A stretch of DNA of 60,423 nucleotides, counting the filler, from Thelocarpon superellum (Eukaryota), in assembly GCA_026025795.1 (NCBI GenBank). It is 6 parts of 6 records of this genome, joined end to end, with 100 filler letters (N's around TTAATTAATTAA, not from the genome) between each part and the next. Parts side by side here need not be neighbours in the genome. Positions count along the whole stretch, not along the records: positions 30,491 to 40,427 come from JAPEUG010000547.1; positions 40,528 to 50,434 come from JAPEUG010000548.1; 4 more parts are not named here. One strand, 5' to 3'. Both the position numbers and the translations under genes were made by a program. A model generated the notes under the pieces. It did no database searches. It saw only the letters and a list, made by a program, of their open reading frames with translations, and had not been told where the DNA came from. Of this stretch, positions 37,394-48,577 are shown piece by piece; position 1 is the first letter of the stretch; every line of letters starts with the position of its first letter.

Positions 37394-39265
37394 ATGTCCG
37401 GGTCCGACGAGGTGGGCCATGAGCCTGCGCCACCCCACATCCATACAGTTCTTTCCCACTCTCAGGTCCACTTGCATTCTCATCGATGGTTGCACGATCT
37501 GGCTCCATTGGACGCATCTCCATCAGCGACCAAGCATGTCCCGCATCACCCGTTTGGGTGGCGGAGAGACTCGCTCATGTCGTCGCCACGAGCCAGCCGG
37601 GCCTCGAGCATCGTCTCCACCCGCACCAAGACCAGCATCACGACCATCGATGACGACGCACAGGACGGCGGCGTGGACGTCCACGTCGGGCCCGACGCCA
37701 TTTACCGCATCGGCTTGAACGGATGTGTGAAATATATCACTCGCACCGGCGAGCTATCCTTTGCCCAGCGGCACCGAGACCAAGAGCGACCCCCGTCGCG
37801 GACCATGAGCTCGGCGTTGGAACTGGGAAGCCCTTTTCCGCCCACGGACGAGCACCCCGCGACCTCCGCTTCCCCCACCCCTACGGCGACCTCCATCCCC
37901 GACCCCTCCTTCTTCCTCCTCACCGGCAACGATGCGGCGCCTACGACGGGCGAGGCGTCGACCGTTACCCGGACCCCGTCCTTCACCCCCGGGCGGGAGA
38001 GCATCTCGGTGCAACGACGACGAGACTCCTCGCACGACGCGCCCGTCAGTCCCATGTCGCCCGATCCGGCACCTCCAACGCCGTCGCGGGCGTTGCGGTT
38101 GCAGCGACGAGGGGGGGTCAAGCTCAAAGTCGTGACCCGCACCTCCAGTGGCCACGCCGTGACGCGGGTAAGCCCGTTGACACCCAACAGCGCCGAGTCC
38201 TATTACACGACCACGTCGCAGACGTCGGCCTCGACCATTCAGGGCCAGATCACCGCTCCCGACTCCCCCACCTACATCGGTCGGGCAGCCCCCGGTGTAT
38301 TCCCGTCGGGACCGGGCCTCCGCGAGCTCGGGCAGGATGCAGAAGCCGCCGGTGCGTCGACGCGGGAGACGGGGGATGGTCCGCCGCCCCGCCTGCGGGT
38401 GCACGAGAGTGCGGCGTATATTGACGAGGCACCCATCGGGTCGCGATCGCCACCGGCCATGGATACGGAGAATGACATCAGCATACATTACAGTCGATTG
38501 GTGCGGAGCATCGACTCCAGCCACCGCAAGGTGGTACAGGCCAAGGACCAGGAGATCTCCGAGGCACACGAAATGGTGAGCGCGTTGGCGCGTCAGGTGA
38601 TGGAGCTCAAGGCGGAGGTCCTCCAGATGAAGGCTCAGGCTCAGGCCCCGGCCGAGCCTGAGCTCGGTCGGATTCGACAGGTGGCTCGGACCGAGACGGT
38701 CGAGGCCTATTCCTTTTCCTTTCCGCCGCTCCAGATGGGCCACATTCGCACACTCAAAATGGCCTTGAAACGGCGGGCGGAGCGACTGCGGCGAGACATT
38801 GATACCGGGCTCGGCTGGTCCCCGCGGGGGAGCTTCTCGACGATCAAGCCGGATGCACCGACGATGGTCGAGGAGACGGCGACAACGGCCGCGACGATGG
38901 TGATCGAAGGCGCCACGGCCCGGCGGGGCAGTAGGCCGGCCGTCTGGGATATGGACGACCCACGAGTTGCGGCAGCGAAGCGCGCTGATCTGTTGCGTTC
39001 CTTCAACGAGAGTGAGCGCAAAGAACGTGCGGCGCAGCGAACGGAGTTGCTTCGGTCGCTCGAGGAGAGCGAGCGCGAGGAACGTGCCGCGACGCAGCGG
39101 GCAGAACTCTTGCAGTCGCTTCAGGAGAATGAGGCCAAAGAACGGGTGACGAAGCGCGCGGAGCTGTTGCGGTCCTTCAACGAGAGTGAGCTGAAGGAAC
39201 GAGCGGCCTATCTTCGACATCGGCTGTGGAAGTCTCGAGCGCGCGAGGGAACAAGTCATGGGTAG
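37394..39265 (+). CDS. Uncharacterised protein: Ser/Thr/Pro-rich region, coiled coil and four C-terminal charged repeats
   Basis: 623-aa ORF with coding-like GC3; coiled-coil block ENDISIHYSRLVRSID...VMELKAEVLQMK. The true start may be 37577. Confidence 0.75.
   Translation: MSGSDEVGHEPAPPHIHTVLSHSQVHLHSHRWLHDLAPLDASPSATKHVPHHPFGWRRDSLMSSPRASRASSIVSTRTKTSITTIDDDAQDGGVDVHVGPDAIYRIGLNGCVKYITRTGELSFAQRHRDQERPPSRTMSSALELGSPFPPTDEHPATSASPTPTATSIPDPSFFLLTGNDAAPTTGEASTVTRTPSFTPGRESISVQRRRDSSHDAPVSPMSPDPAPPTPSRALRLQRRGGVKLKVVTRTSSGHAVTRVSPLTPNSAESYYTTTSQTSASTIQGQITAPDSPTYIGRAAPGVFPSGPGLRELGQDAEAAGASTRETGDGPPPRLRVHESAAYIDEAPIGSRSPPAMDTENDISIHYSRLVRSIDSSHRKVVQAKDQEISEAHEMVSALARQVMELKAEVLQMKAQAQAPAEPELGRIRQVARTETVEAYSFSFPPLQMGHIRTLKMALKRRAERLRRDIDTGLGWSPRGSFSTIKPDAPTMVEETATTAATMVIEGATARRGSRPAVWDMDDPRVAAAKRADLLRSFNESERKERAAQRTELLRSLEESEREERAATQRAELLQSLQENEAKERVTKRAELLRSFNESELKERAAYLRHRLWKSRAREGTSHG
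38981..39211 (+). repeat. Four intragenic tandem repeats of 57-60 nt (RxELLRSxxESExxER)
   Basis: Units start at 38981, 39038, 39098 and 39155. Confidence 0.9.
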
Positions 39266-40085
39266 CTGTGGTTCTTCTTGGCGAGGAACCACTGATGCAT
39301 CACACTGGCGTTGACGTTCGGCATTAGCCCGGTGGGAGGAAGCGGTGTCATATCAACATCTGGTCGCCCACCTCTGTACGCATCTACTCCACCCGATGAG
39401 TTCCGATAGAAGGGCAGAACCGTAGAGTAAGCATGTGATATATACATGACCTCTGCATCCACTTTGAGCAATAATGACGTCTGACGTGTGACATCTTTCC
39501 ATCAAAAGGACGTGCATGAGGAATCAATGAGGTGTATGCTTGTCTTTGTGACAATCTTCGACTTATATTCGCAGATCCTCCGCAGTGGTAACAAGTGTGA
39601 TGGAACCAGGTATAGAGTACTTCGTCCTTTGTACCTTTGCAGGTGATGATGGCGATCGCCCTCGCCCTCGTCCTCATCCTTGTCCGCGTTCTCTCCTGAG
39701 CGGCAAGCTGGCCGAGTCTTCACGCTCGATGGGCGAGAGAAGAAGTTCCTTGTACTCGTACCGTCCCCGGTCCGAGTACGCGCACTGCCGTCAGTGTTCG
39801 TACTCGCACGAAGGTAACATACTCGTACTTACTCGCCCACCCGAGCACCGGGTGTCTCTTCCCCACCTCGTCTCGCCATCCCGCAGGATTCGCGTGCTAG
39901 CGAGGAAGCAAACAGAAGGTCGGCAGTCGCCAGGACCGGACGGGCACCTGTGGGGTCCCTGCCGGACTAATTGGCGGCTACTCGTAAGGCCCCAACACAA
40001 AGTCCAGTATCTTCCGCCACCGGCAGCGTCACCGTCCTAGTCGGAACGTCAACGTCTGCTCAGTCCCACAAACTTACTTCTGATA

Positions 40086-40086
40086 C

Positions 40087-40118
<32 letters not shown>

Positions 40119-40138
40119 CTAGTTGTAGTAGTGAGTAG
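40086..40138. repeat. (TAG/TGG)n trinucleotide tract
   Basis: Directly visible imperfect microsatellite. Confidence 0.8.
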
Positions 40139-40427
40139 GACTTCTAACATACTCGGAGGAGCTAGTAGCCACGACCCCTCCGGCCATCGGCGAGCGACGA
40201 CGACGACTCCATGTCATCTCTCCTCACCTATCCATCTGTCGTGGGCCCCTCTCACTGACGTGGTCTCGGTATCGGCCACGGTTACGGCCGCGGTCTTTTT
40301 TACACCTTGTCCTCTTCGACCACGTCACGCACGGCGTAGCATCGCCCTTCTTCGGGTTGCACCAGTCCCACGTGCTCTCCCACCCCCCACCCTCCATTTG
40401 TGGTCGATCAACACACGGCTGCGTGGC

Positions 40428-40527
40428 NNNNNNNNNNNNNNNNNNNNNNNNNNNNNNNNNNNNNNNNNNNNTTAATTAATTAANNNNNNNNNNNNNNNNN
40501 NNNNNNNNNNNNNNNNNNNNNNNNNNN
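40428..40527. other. Artificial contig-join spacer
   Basis: N44-TTAATTAATTAA-N44. Confidence 0.99.
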
Positions 40528-40949
40528 TGTCCGTGATGCTATCTCTGATTCTCTCCCAAGAAGTCTGCCAGGCTATTCCAAGTGCCGTCACTGTGGGACT
40601 GACATCTGTGGGTTGGGTGTGACTGGGTCGGTTTGGGACAGTAGAATTTGCAACACTTACGACCTATGACTATACCATACCAGTAAGAGTGTGGGCGAGA
40701 TTGGGATTGTGAGTGCGCGAATGCGTGAATGCGTGAATGCGTGCGTCTTGTGGGTGGCTCAGGACTGAGCCAGTGGGGGATCGCCCCTCTCGCACCTAGC
40801 CAATGCAGCTGCACGACCTCCTCCGCCAGCGTCTCACCCCACCTGTCGGTGGATCTGGTCCCCAATACCCACATTTGACGGGCTCTCGCAGTGCTCACAA
40901 GGACTCTGAACACCAAAGTCGATGACTCCACATCAATCAAGCTTTCTTC

Positions 40950-42280
40950 TCATGGTAGACCCTGAGACACAGACGTGAGTAGAGCCAAACAGGTCTGGGC
41001 GACCGGGCAACCTCTCCTCCCGTCGGAGAGCTGTGATGTGTTCTCAGTGTTTGTCATAGTCCCGGGGTGTTGCGACGCTAGTGACCCAGGTTTCCCCGAC
41101 GTTGACGGGTACGATGAACCCGAGCTTCCGGACACTGGGCGGTGGTGAGTCCGAGAAGTCGGCCGCTCAACGGCTGCCAGTGTCTCGGGCTGACGACGTT
41201 TTCGCGATGTTGTTTGAAATGCCCAGATGATTGATGAATCTTGAGAACCTGTAACGGTCCCGGAGAGTCGGCTTACTGTAGTAGCATAGGAGCCGCGATA
41301 AGCGTCTTCAAGTATTCTTCCTCGAATCTCCTGAAGTGTTGCTTGTATCATCAGTTCTGTCTCGCGGGAGCCAAGTTGGGATGAGATCATCAATCGCAGG
41401 TAGACACGCTCGGAGCCCTGACCAAGGATGAACTCAGGGGAATAAAGAGCGACAGCACCTCCCTCGATTGCTCCTTGGTTTGCAGCATTGATCAGATAAT
41501 CGACGGCAGCGATGCAAGGGTGGGCTAATATAGCTCCCTCCCAAGTAAGCCGCATCTGATACACCGCCGATCCAAATGAGTAGGAATAATGGCCTAAAGG
41601 CTTGCGGCCTCCACCTGGCCGTGAAGCGACACGTGTGGTTGGATTTGACGCCAAGAGATCTCCCACGGCAGCAGTCTGATTCTCGAATGGAAGGACGAGA
41701 ACTTCTGGGCCAGTAGTCACCCGGGCAACGACCACATGACTCTGATCGGTCACATCAAGCACGGGCAGGACTCCAGTGTCATTCGTCGTTTGTATCTCTG
41801 ACTGCATGTGGCGAAGAACAGTGGCGAAGTTTGGCCAAGTCATGTAAGCATTGGGAGGTGATGTGGTAGACTTCATGATGATGCTCGTCTGATTGGAGGT
41901 GAAGTTCAGAACATCATGTCCTTCTGACCCTTGTTCCAAGGTGGCCTGGTCCAGAGCGGCGCTTAGCACCGCCTTGAGATCCTCAACGTTGCCAGGTAGG
42001 GCGTATATCGTCGAACCGTTCCACGTAAGGTTGGTATCGCTGTAGTGCAGCTCATAAGGTGGGCCTGCAATAGGGTCGGCTCCTGTTCTCGTGCTTCTGT
42101 CAGTCCTTGCAAGGATATGCTCAAGAGTAGGAGCTGGGATCAAAGATCACTCATCATTCGAGATGCCCTCACAGCGCGCGTACCAGGATCAGTGGGGTCG
42201 GTCGGCAAGGCAACTACACTGCACAGAAATCCCACGAGTGTTTGAATGGCTGGGGCGCGCAGATAATGCTGGAGCCTCAT
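40950..42280 (-). CDS. Orphan predicted secreted glycoprotein (~425 aa)
   Basis: Exon 1 (42280-42184) MRLQHYLRAPAIQTLVGFLCSVVA-LPTDP is signal-peptide-like. A 50-nt GT..AG intron (42183-42134) joins it in frame to the 397-aa ORF. Seven N-x-S/T sequons. Confidence 0.72.
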
Positions 42281-43049
42281 GGTCGTCGGGATGCTCTCAA
42301 AGCAGAATGAAGTCGAAAGTCTTCGAGAGGAGGTGTGAGATGCGTGTTTGCGAGGAGCGGGGGAGATTGGGTCATGCTTTCCGCTCCTCCTCGCACCCAC
42401 CGCGCCGAGCAAGCAACTTATAGAAGAACGAGGGAGAGAATTGGAGAGGTTCTTGCTAGAGACACCGTGACACACAGGCATTGATCCAGATAGGGTGAAA
42501 TGGCATGGCGGGATCAGGGGTACAGGGCGTTTGGCGTGTTCTTGGAAGGATGCATGACCCAGTCTTGCCAAACGGCTGAGAGCGATCAGAGGTATGAGGC
42601 ATTTGGCGCATTGTTCGAAGGCCGCATGATCCTGAGGGGCATTGATAAGCGTGTTCCTGGGGCAAAAGATGTCCCCTCGAACACGAATTAGTCGCATTGG
42701 GTTTCCTGCTTGGTCCGCGAGGAGCGATGTCGCTACAGTTCAGTGAAATGAGCCTTCACTGCATTATTAGTGAGAGAGGTAGGTTCTCAAGACACTCGCA
42801 TACGCTCGCGAGCCGTCGATAGGGTGACAAGCCTTAGGCCAGCTCGGTGCAGATTGTTGGAACAAACACTCTGTTAATACATCGATAGCTATTGCGGCTG
42901 CTGCTGCTACTACTGAGACCTCGATTCTACATGACATACCAGGAAGATATATCTCTCTTGGGCCATGCGCTCAAGTGCTTGGCTGACCTGGCATGATGCG
43001 GGTCACGCCAAGACATGCGCGAGCTCCGGCTATGACTGGCTGTTGTATC

Positions 43050-44350
43050 GCCCTGTCTCCACTGCAACCGAGCGGGGTTCAGGTTGTTCAGGTTTGCCTG
43101 CCAAACCGAGAGGTGGTGTATGTCGCAGCGATTGGCGCTCCTGCACCGTGGCGAAGAACGGAGGCAGACAGCTGGGCTATTGTGACGACGAGCCTACAGC
43201 TAGGAGGAATCGAATAGACGTACTTGACTGTCTCGACGACCACGAGGATTGTAGGGTTGTAATCTAGCATGAGGCCTCGCCGTAGGTCACAGAGTTGGAC
43301 TCGACCTGTCTGCTGGGCGCCTGCGAGGCCGCTTATATACAGTGTCGCAAGTCATGGGACTGGTCGCATGGTCGCGCACTTAGTCCTCTCTAGCATACAG
43401 TGAGGTAGGCTCTCTGGCCTCACAATGGTAGTGTGCATGATGGTTGGCATCATGATTCCATCCTCTCGATGCATGGCGCATGAGGGTGGCGAGGTGACAG
43501 ACCTCGATGTTACGTGACTCCATCTGACTAAGCGAGACCATTGTTTCGCCTCGCTTGTCAAAAGCCTCTCTCGCGTGAATCTTGTCGTCATTCCGCGGCA
43601 TCGTGGGAATGAATCGCAGCGATCATGAACGAGTTGTATGACATGAGAATCAACAGCTCTGATGCCGAGGCTATGGCCGGGGATGTACATACAGTCTCCC
43701 CAGAGCTAGTGGCAGCTGTGGAGGCGGACGACGACAGCAAGAAGATTGAACCAACGTTGCATCCATGGAACTTGCCATGCAGGATAGGGGAGGTTGCGGA
43801 ATTCAACGTATCAAATAGGAGCCCGAACCTATTTCTAAGCCAAATTCGGTCGTTCACACAACGTGCCCAGGTACGGACATGTCAAGATGTGTGCGATACG
43901 ACTTCGGTGATGAAGGGCCCCTGCTTGCAAGTGAACATTTTCTTTCTCTTCCTTTACATTTCATCGTTTCATCAGATTACGACCGTATTCGATGGACGAA
44001 ACCTGCAAGTGGTACCCTTATACGTGCATTGTCAATTGAAACTCGCTCTGACCGTCACTGGATGATGCGTCCGGAAAGCGAAACATGGGGAGAGGCTCTA
44101 TTGAGCAATTGACGAGTGTGGCAAATACGACCGCGTCCAACACGGCGCGCCACGTCCAGACCTCTCTTTCCATCAACTCTCGAAGAACGCCGGAGTCCCC
44201 GGCGCCACCTCCTCCCCTTGCTCCTTCTCGGCCCCGAGCGAAGATGGAGAGCGACCCAGCGCGACGAGGCCTGGGCCAAGGTCGTGTCGATGATGCGAGA
44301 AGTAGAGGAGAAGCGCTTGGCCTTTTCCTACGGTTGCCCTTAATGGGGTC
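43050..44350 (+). pseudogene. Possible decayed OTT_1508-like deaminase gene
   Basis: Fragments in different frames: KPRGG/(Y)VAAIG (~43100-43136), VAKN (43148-43159) and VHCQLKLAL (44024-44050), with stops and frameshifts between them. Recognised from motif recall only. Confidence 0.3.
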
Positions 44351-45622
44351 TAGAAGTTGATCTAATCTGTCCCAATGTCCCGGGGAATGCCTCCAAGAGA
44401 TTGGCGTGCTGGAGCAGGACGAGGATAACCGCGGTCGTCGTTACTAGGCGAGACCGACCCCAGGCCTACATGTATTCGCAAGACACAAGTTGAGTCTCTG
44501 GATGTCAATCTGATGAGAAATCGCACTTATGCCACATTACTTTTGCTGCGAGAATCCGACAATCAAGATCGGGCTTCCTTATGAAGGAGCACAGGTACAT
44601 GCTGCTGAGGTACATTGACCACATCTGTGAGCATTCAAGCAACTTGTGACGACGAGGCCTATAGCTAGGCGAAAACAGTAGACGTAGTCAATAGGAGTCG
44701 ACGTCGTGGCTCATGACGGCTCATAGACCTATTCCTAGCCTCCTCGTGTTACTGGACTTGAATGCTGCGGACTCGGTATATATGCAGCAGGCCAGGTCAC
44801 GGGCCATATCATGTGACCATCACATGACCTCTCCTATCCTCACGGCGAGGCGTGGAGTTCCTGGCCTCACATCATCAGAGGCATTACTCTAGTGACTGTG
44901 CCCCCAAATTGACCTGGGGAGCTGTGTTGATCTGGACAGCACAAAATGCTATGGCCAATGGAATAGATAGATGAGGTGTGCTGTACGGCATCTTCTCAGG
45001 ACAAAGAAATCGGAACCGAGAGGCAAGAATTCAAGGTTGTACGTTGACTTGGGACTTGCTTGGGAAAAGGTGCGGGTGGTAGCAACACTATATAACTTAC
45101 GCTGTCCGTTAGTGGCCCACTGAGGGATCGTCACGAAGGATCTGCGATAAATGGAAAGGATGGCAGGGCAAGAAACAATATGTTTGCAGGAATCAGGGCT
45201 GTATTGCAGATTCTACGCGTGGCTGAGATGGTGTATGAAGGCGAACGGGACTTACTCACGTGCGTGCCCCTACATGCTGCAAGTATCCGCAGTAATAAGC
45301 CATAAGGAAAGAGAATCAGAGGTGCGATCCTGTCATGCAGGGGCGTGGGTCCGACACGTGGGGCCTTCGAGCCGAAAGAGAGCCGAAAGAGAAGGCGGCG
45401 GTGCAGCCAAATCAGATCAGGTTGCGCCTGGTCGCGCGCCCTGCGGTGTCGAGCCGGCAGAAAGCGGCAGGGCGACCCATCCGCTGTAACCCTCAGGCGA
45501 GGATCCCCAGCAGAATGACCAGCTGGAGGCTGGTTTTCTCTATTCTCTGGATGCGTGTAGGTCTCTAGCTAGCCGGTCTCAGGCTGGAACAACGAGTAGC
45601 CTCTCCTTAGCTGAGCCACCTT

Positions 45623-45698
45623 GGTCACGTGTCGCGGCGGCTCACGTGATCAATCAGCACCGCGCTGGGGGCCCCAATCGGGCAAGGCGCCTCACGTG
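45623..45698 (+). promoter_or_regulatory. Cluster of three TCACGTG E-boxes upstream of ANP1
   Basis: CACGTG at 45626, 45643 and 45693; CCAAT at ~45674. Confidence 0.5.
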
Positions 45699-46054
45699 TG
45701 CGCCGGCCGGCCTAGCACGGGGTGAGGTGGAAGTGACCGGCAGTACGAGTAATCAACCACCAAACTTCTTCGATTCCATCTCTCCCACTCCTCCTCGAGC
45801 GGACCCGTCGTCCACGCCGCCCTCACTGGCGACATCCGCCGCGACCTCTCCATTCCCTCCGGTCATTGAACCGTCCGTTCGTTCGCCCAGCCTCCCATTT
45901 CCCCCTGTGGTCCGACCCCGAACCCGCCCATCCACCTCCCGACCGACGGGTAATCGGACGAGGTCTTCACCACGGCACCTCCATCAACCCGACCGCGTTG
46001 ACTTCGGCCTGCTTCGAGTGGTGTGCACGTTGGCCAGCCTCGGCGCGTCTCGTG

Positions 46055-47527
46055 ATGATGCTCCTCCCCAAGGGCAGCGTGACGTGGAAGTCGGCCAAGG
46101 CGCGATTACCCCCGACCCGGGCCGTCGTTCATTTCTTGACTCGCACGCGCTTCCTCGTCTTCGCCGCCCTCGCCGGCCTGGTGGTGTTGTTATGGCAGGG
46201 CATCAGCACGTCGGCCGCGGAAATGCAAAGGTATGGCCAGCACCATCGCCCGTGGCCGCGCCACGCTGACGTTGCAGATTCTATTGCTGGGGACCGTCCA
46301 AGTCGCCTATGGCCATGTCGGCCAATGAACAGTCCGATTGGCACGCACACCTCCAGACGCCGGTGCTCTTCAATCACCACGTCGCCGTGGAGGTGAACTC
46401 CACCTCCATCCAACACGTCGATCTCAATCCCATCCGGGCCACCACCAAGGCCGTGGCCCAGCAAGAGCGGATCTTGATCCTCACGCCCTTGCGCGACGCC
46501 TCGCGCCACCTCAGCAAATACTTTGATCTTCTCTCCTCCCTGACCTATCCCCACGAGCTCATCGATCTCGCCTTTCTGGTCGGCGACTCGACCGACGACA
46601 CCTTGGCCACCTTGGCCGCCGAATTGGATCGGATACAGCGACGGAACGACGAGATCTCCTTCCACAGCGCCATGATCATCGAGAAGAACTTTGGCAACAC
46701 CGTGCAGCAGAACGACGTCAAGGAGCGTCACGGTTTCAAGGCCCAAGGGCCCCGGCGCAAGGCCATGGGCAAGGCCCGAAATTACCTGCTCTCGGCCGCG
46801 CTGAAGCCCAACCATTCCTGGGTCTACTGGCGTGACGTTGATATCTCGGACAGTCCGAATCACATTCTCGAGGACTTTATCGCGCACAACAAGGACGTGC
46901 TCGTGCCCAGTATGTGCTCGACCTCGTGGACGTCGCCTCAGACGCTGACGTTGCCTAGACATCTGGTTCCACCGATACCGGGATGGGCGAGATATTGAAG
47001 GACGATGTGAGACTCCCCGCGGATCAAAATGGCCATGAACTGCGCCACTGACGTATGCAGTCGATTACAATTCCTGGATCGAATCCGACAAAGGTCTCCG
47101 GCTAGCGAGCACCCTCGACAAGGATGTGGTCCTTGCGGAAGGTATGTTCATGATGGCGCTTGAAAGAGCACGGCTCATCTGTTGCTAGGATATAAGGAGT
47201 ACGACACGGGGCGAACATATCTGGCGAAGATGGGCGATTGGCGATTAAATAAAGATGAAGAGGTGGCGCTAGATGGGATTGGAGGAGTTAGTATCCTGGT
47301 GAAAGCCGACGTACATCGATCAGGTAGGAGCCGGAAGGAAGCCTGGGCGCGTGCCTCTTACTGACCTCCACGCAGGCGTCAATTTCCCATGCTACGCTTT
47401 TGAGAATCAGGCCGAGACGGAGGGATTTGCCAAGATGGCGAAACGAGCGGGATATCAAGTGGTTGGACTACCGAATTACGTGGTCTGGCACGTGGATACC
47501 GAGGAAGAACCTGGGAATGCAGCATGA
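46055..47527 (+). CDS. ANP1: Golgi mannan polymerase subunit, Anp1/Van1/Mnn9 family (GT62)
   Basis: Type II TM anchor, ERILILTPLRDA, LTYPHELIDLAFLVGDSTD, WVYWRDVD, LDGIGGVSILVKADVHRSG, ETEGFAKMA; five introns. Confidence 0.92.
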
Positions 47528-48577
47528 TTGTGAGTGTACGGGTGTGTGCGGGTGTGTACGGGAAGGTTGTTATTTATCGCACGTCTGGAACGACCACAAA
47601 CAATGCAGAGATGGTCCCTCCCCTTTGCCTCTTCCTCTCGGTCTTTCCTCCCACTCGCTCGTCCTCCGTCTCAGATGGGACCATCGAGTTCCCTTCCAGC
47701 CGCCCCTCCTCCTCCCCCGGCCCTCGAGGCTTCACGTCTCGTGTTTGATAGGTGCATGATTGCGAATATCTGGCCCTTTGCATGTGTGCGCGGGGAAGGA
47801 AGAAGGGGAGGGACAAGCCATCCATCCATCCATCCATTCGAGCTTCAGATTTCGGATTTTGGATATTGGGACTTGCTACTTTGGCCTTTACACCACGGGC
47901 TGCAAACTTCAACTTACAAACATCAACCTTCCACTGGTTCAACATGGGGCTTCGGACTTCCGCGCTTCGTTCACAAGAAAGAGGGTTAAATGTGGCTGGG
48001 ACTACCACTCTCCTCCCACTTATGACATGTGTCCTCACCTCGCCTCATACATTGATGTCCAGGCCTTTCCTCTCGTTTTGTCATTCTGTCTCTACCGACA
48101 ATCAGATATATTGAGGCCAGGCGATGCTCTTCGGCGTTGGAGCGGCGGATGGACAGGTGAGGGAGGGAGCAGTGAGACGCCAAGGAAAGAAGAGGTACAA
48201 GTGCAGTGTGCATAGAGACTTCTCCTTTCTTTCGTCTTCGAGGTGTCTGATGCTTTCGGTTCCGCTTCTCTCGTTGTTGATAGCTTCCTCGTTTGTATCT
48301 GACCCTTCGTCCTCGTCCCTATCCTCCTACGTATCCTGCTCTTCAAGATAGAGGGATGGAGGGGCCTGATTGCATATGCAAGTGGAAGAAGACCGCAGGC
48401 TGTCACTCGATGATCAGGCATCAGTCGAAGCCTGGTCGTTTCTTTGCACCTCCGGAACCATGCTCCCATGCTTCCTTTCTACCAAGTAAAACACTATGGT
48501 CATCTCACGTAGATACGTCATATCGTCATCGTCGCGAGGTATAATAATGTCTCTGCATCGCATCGCATCGCATCGCA

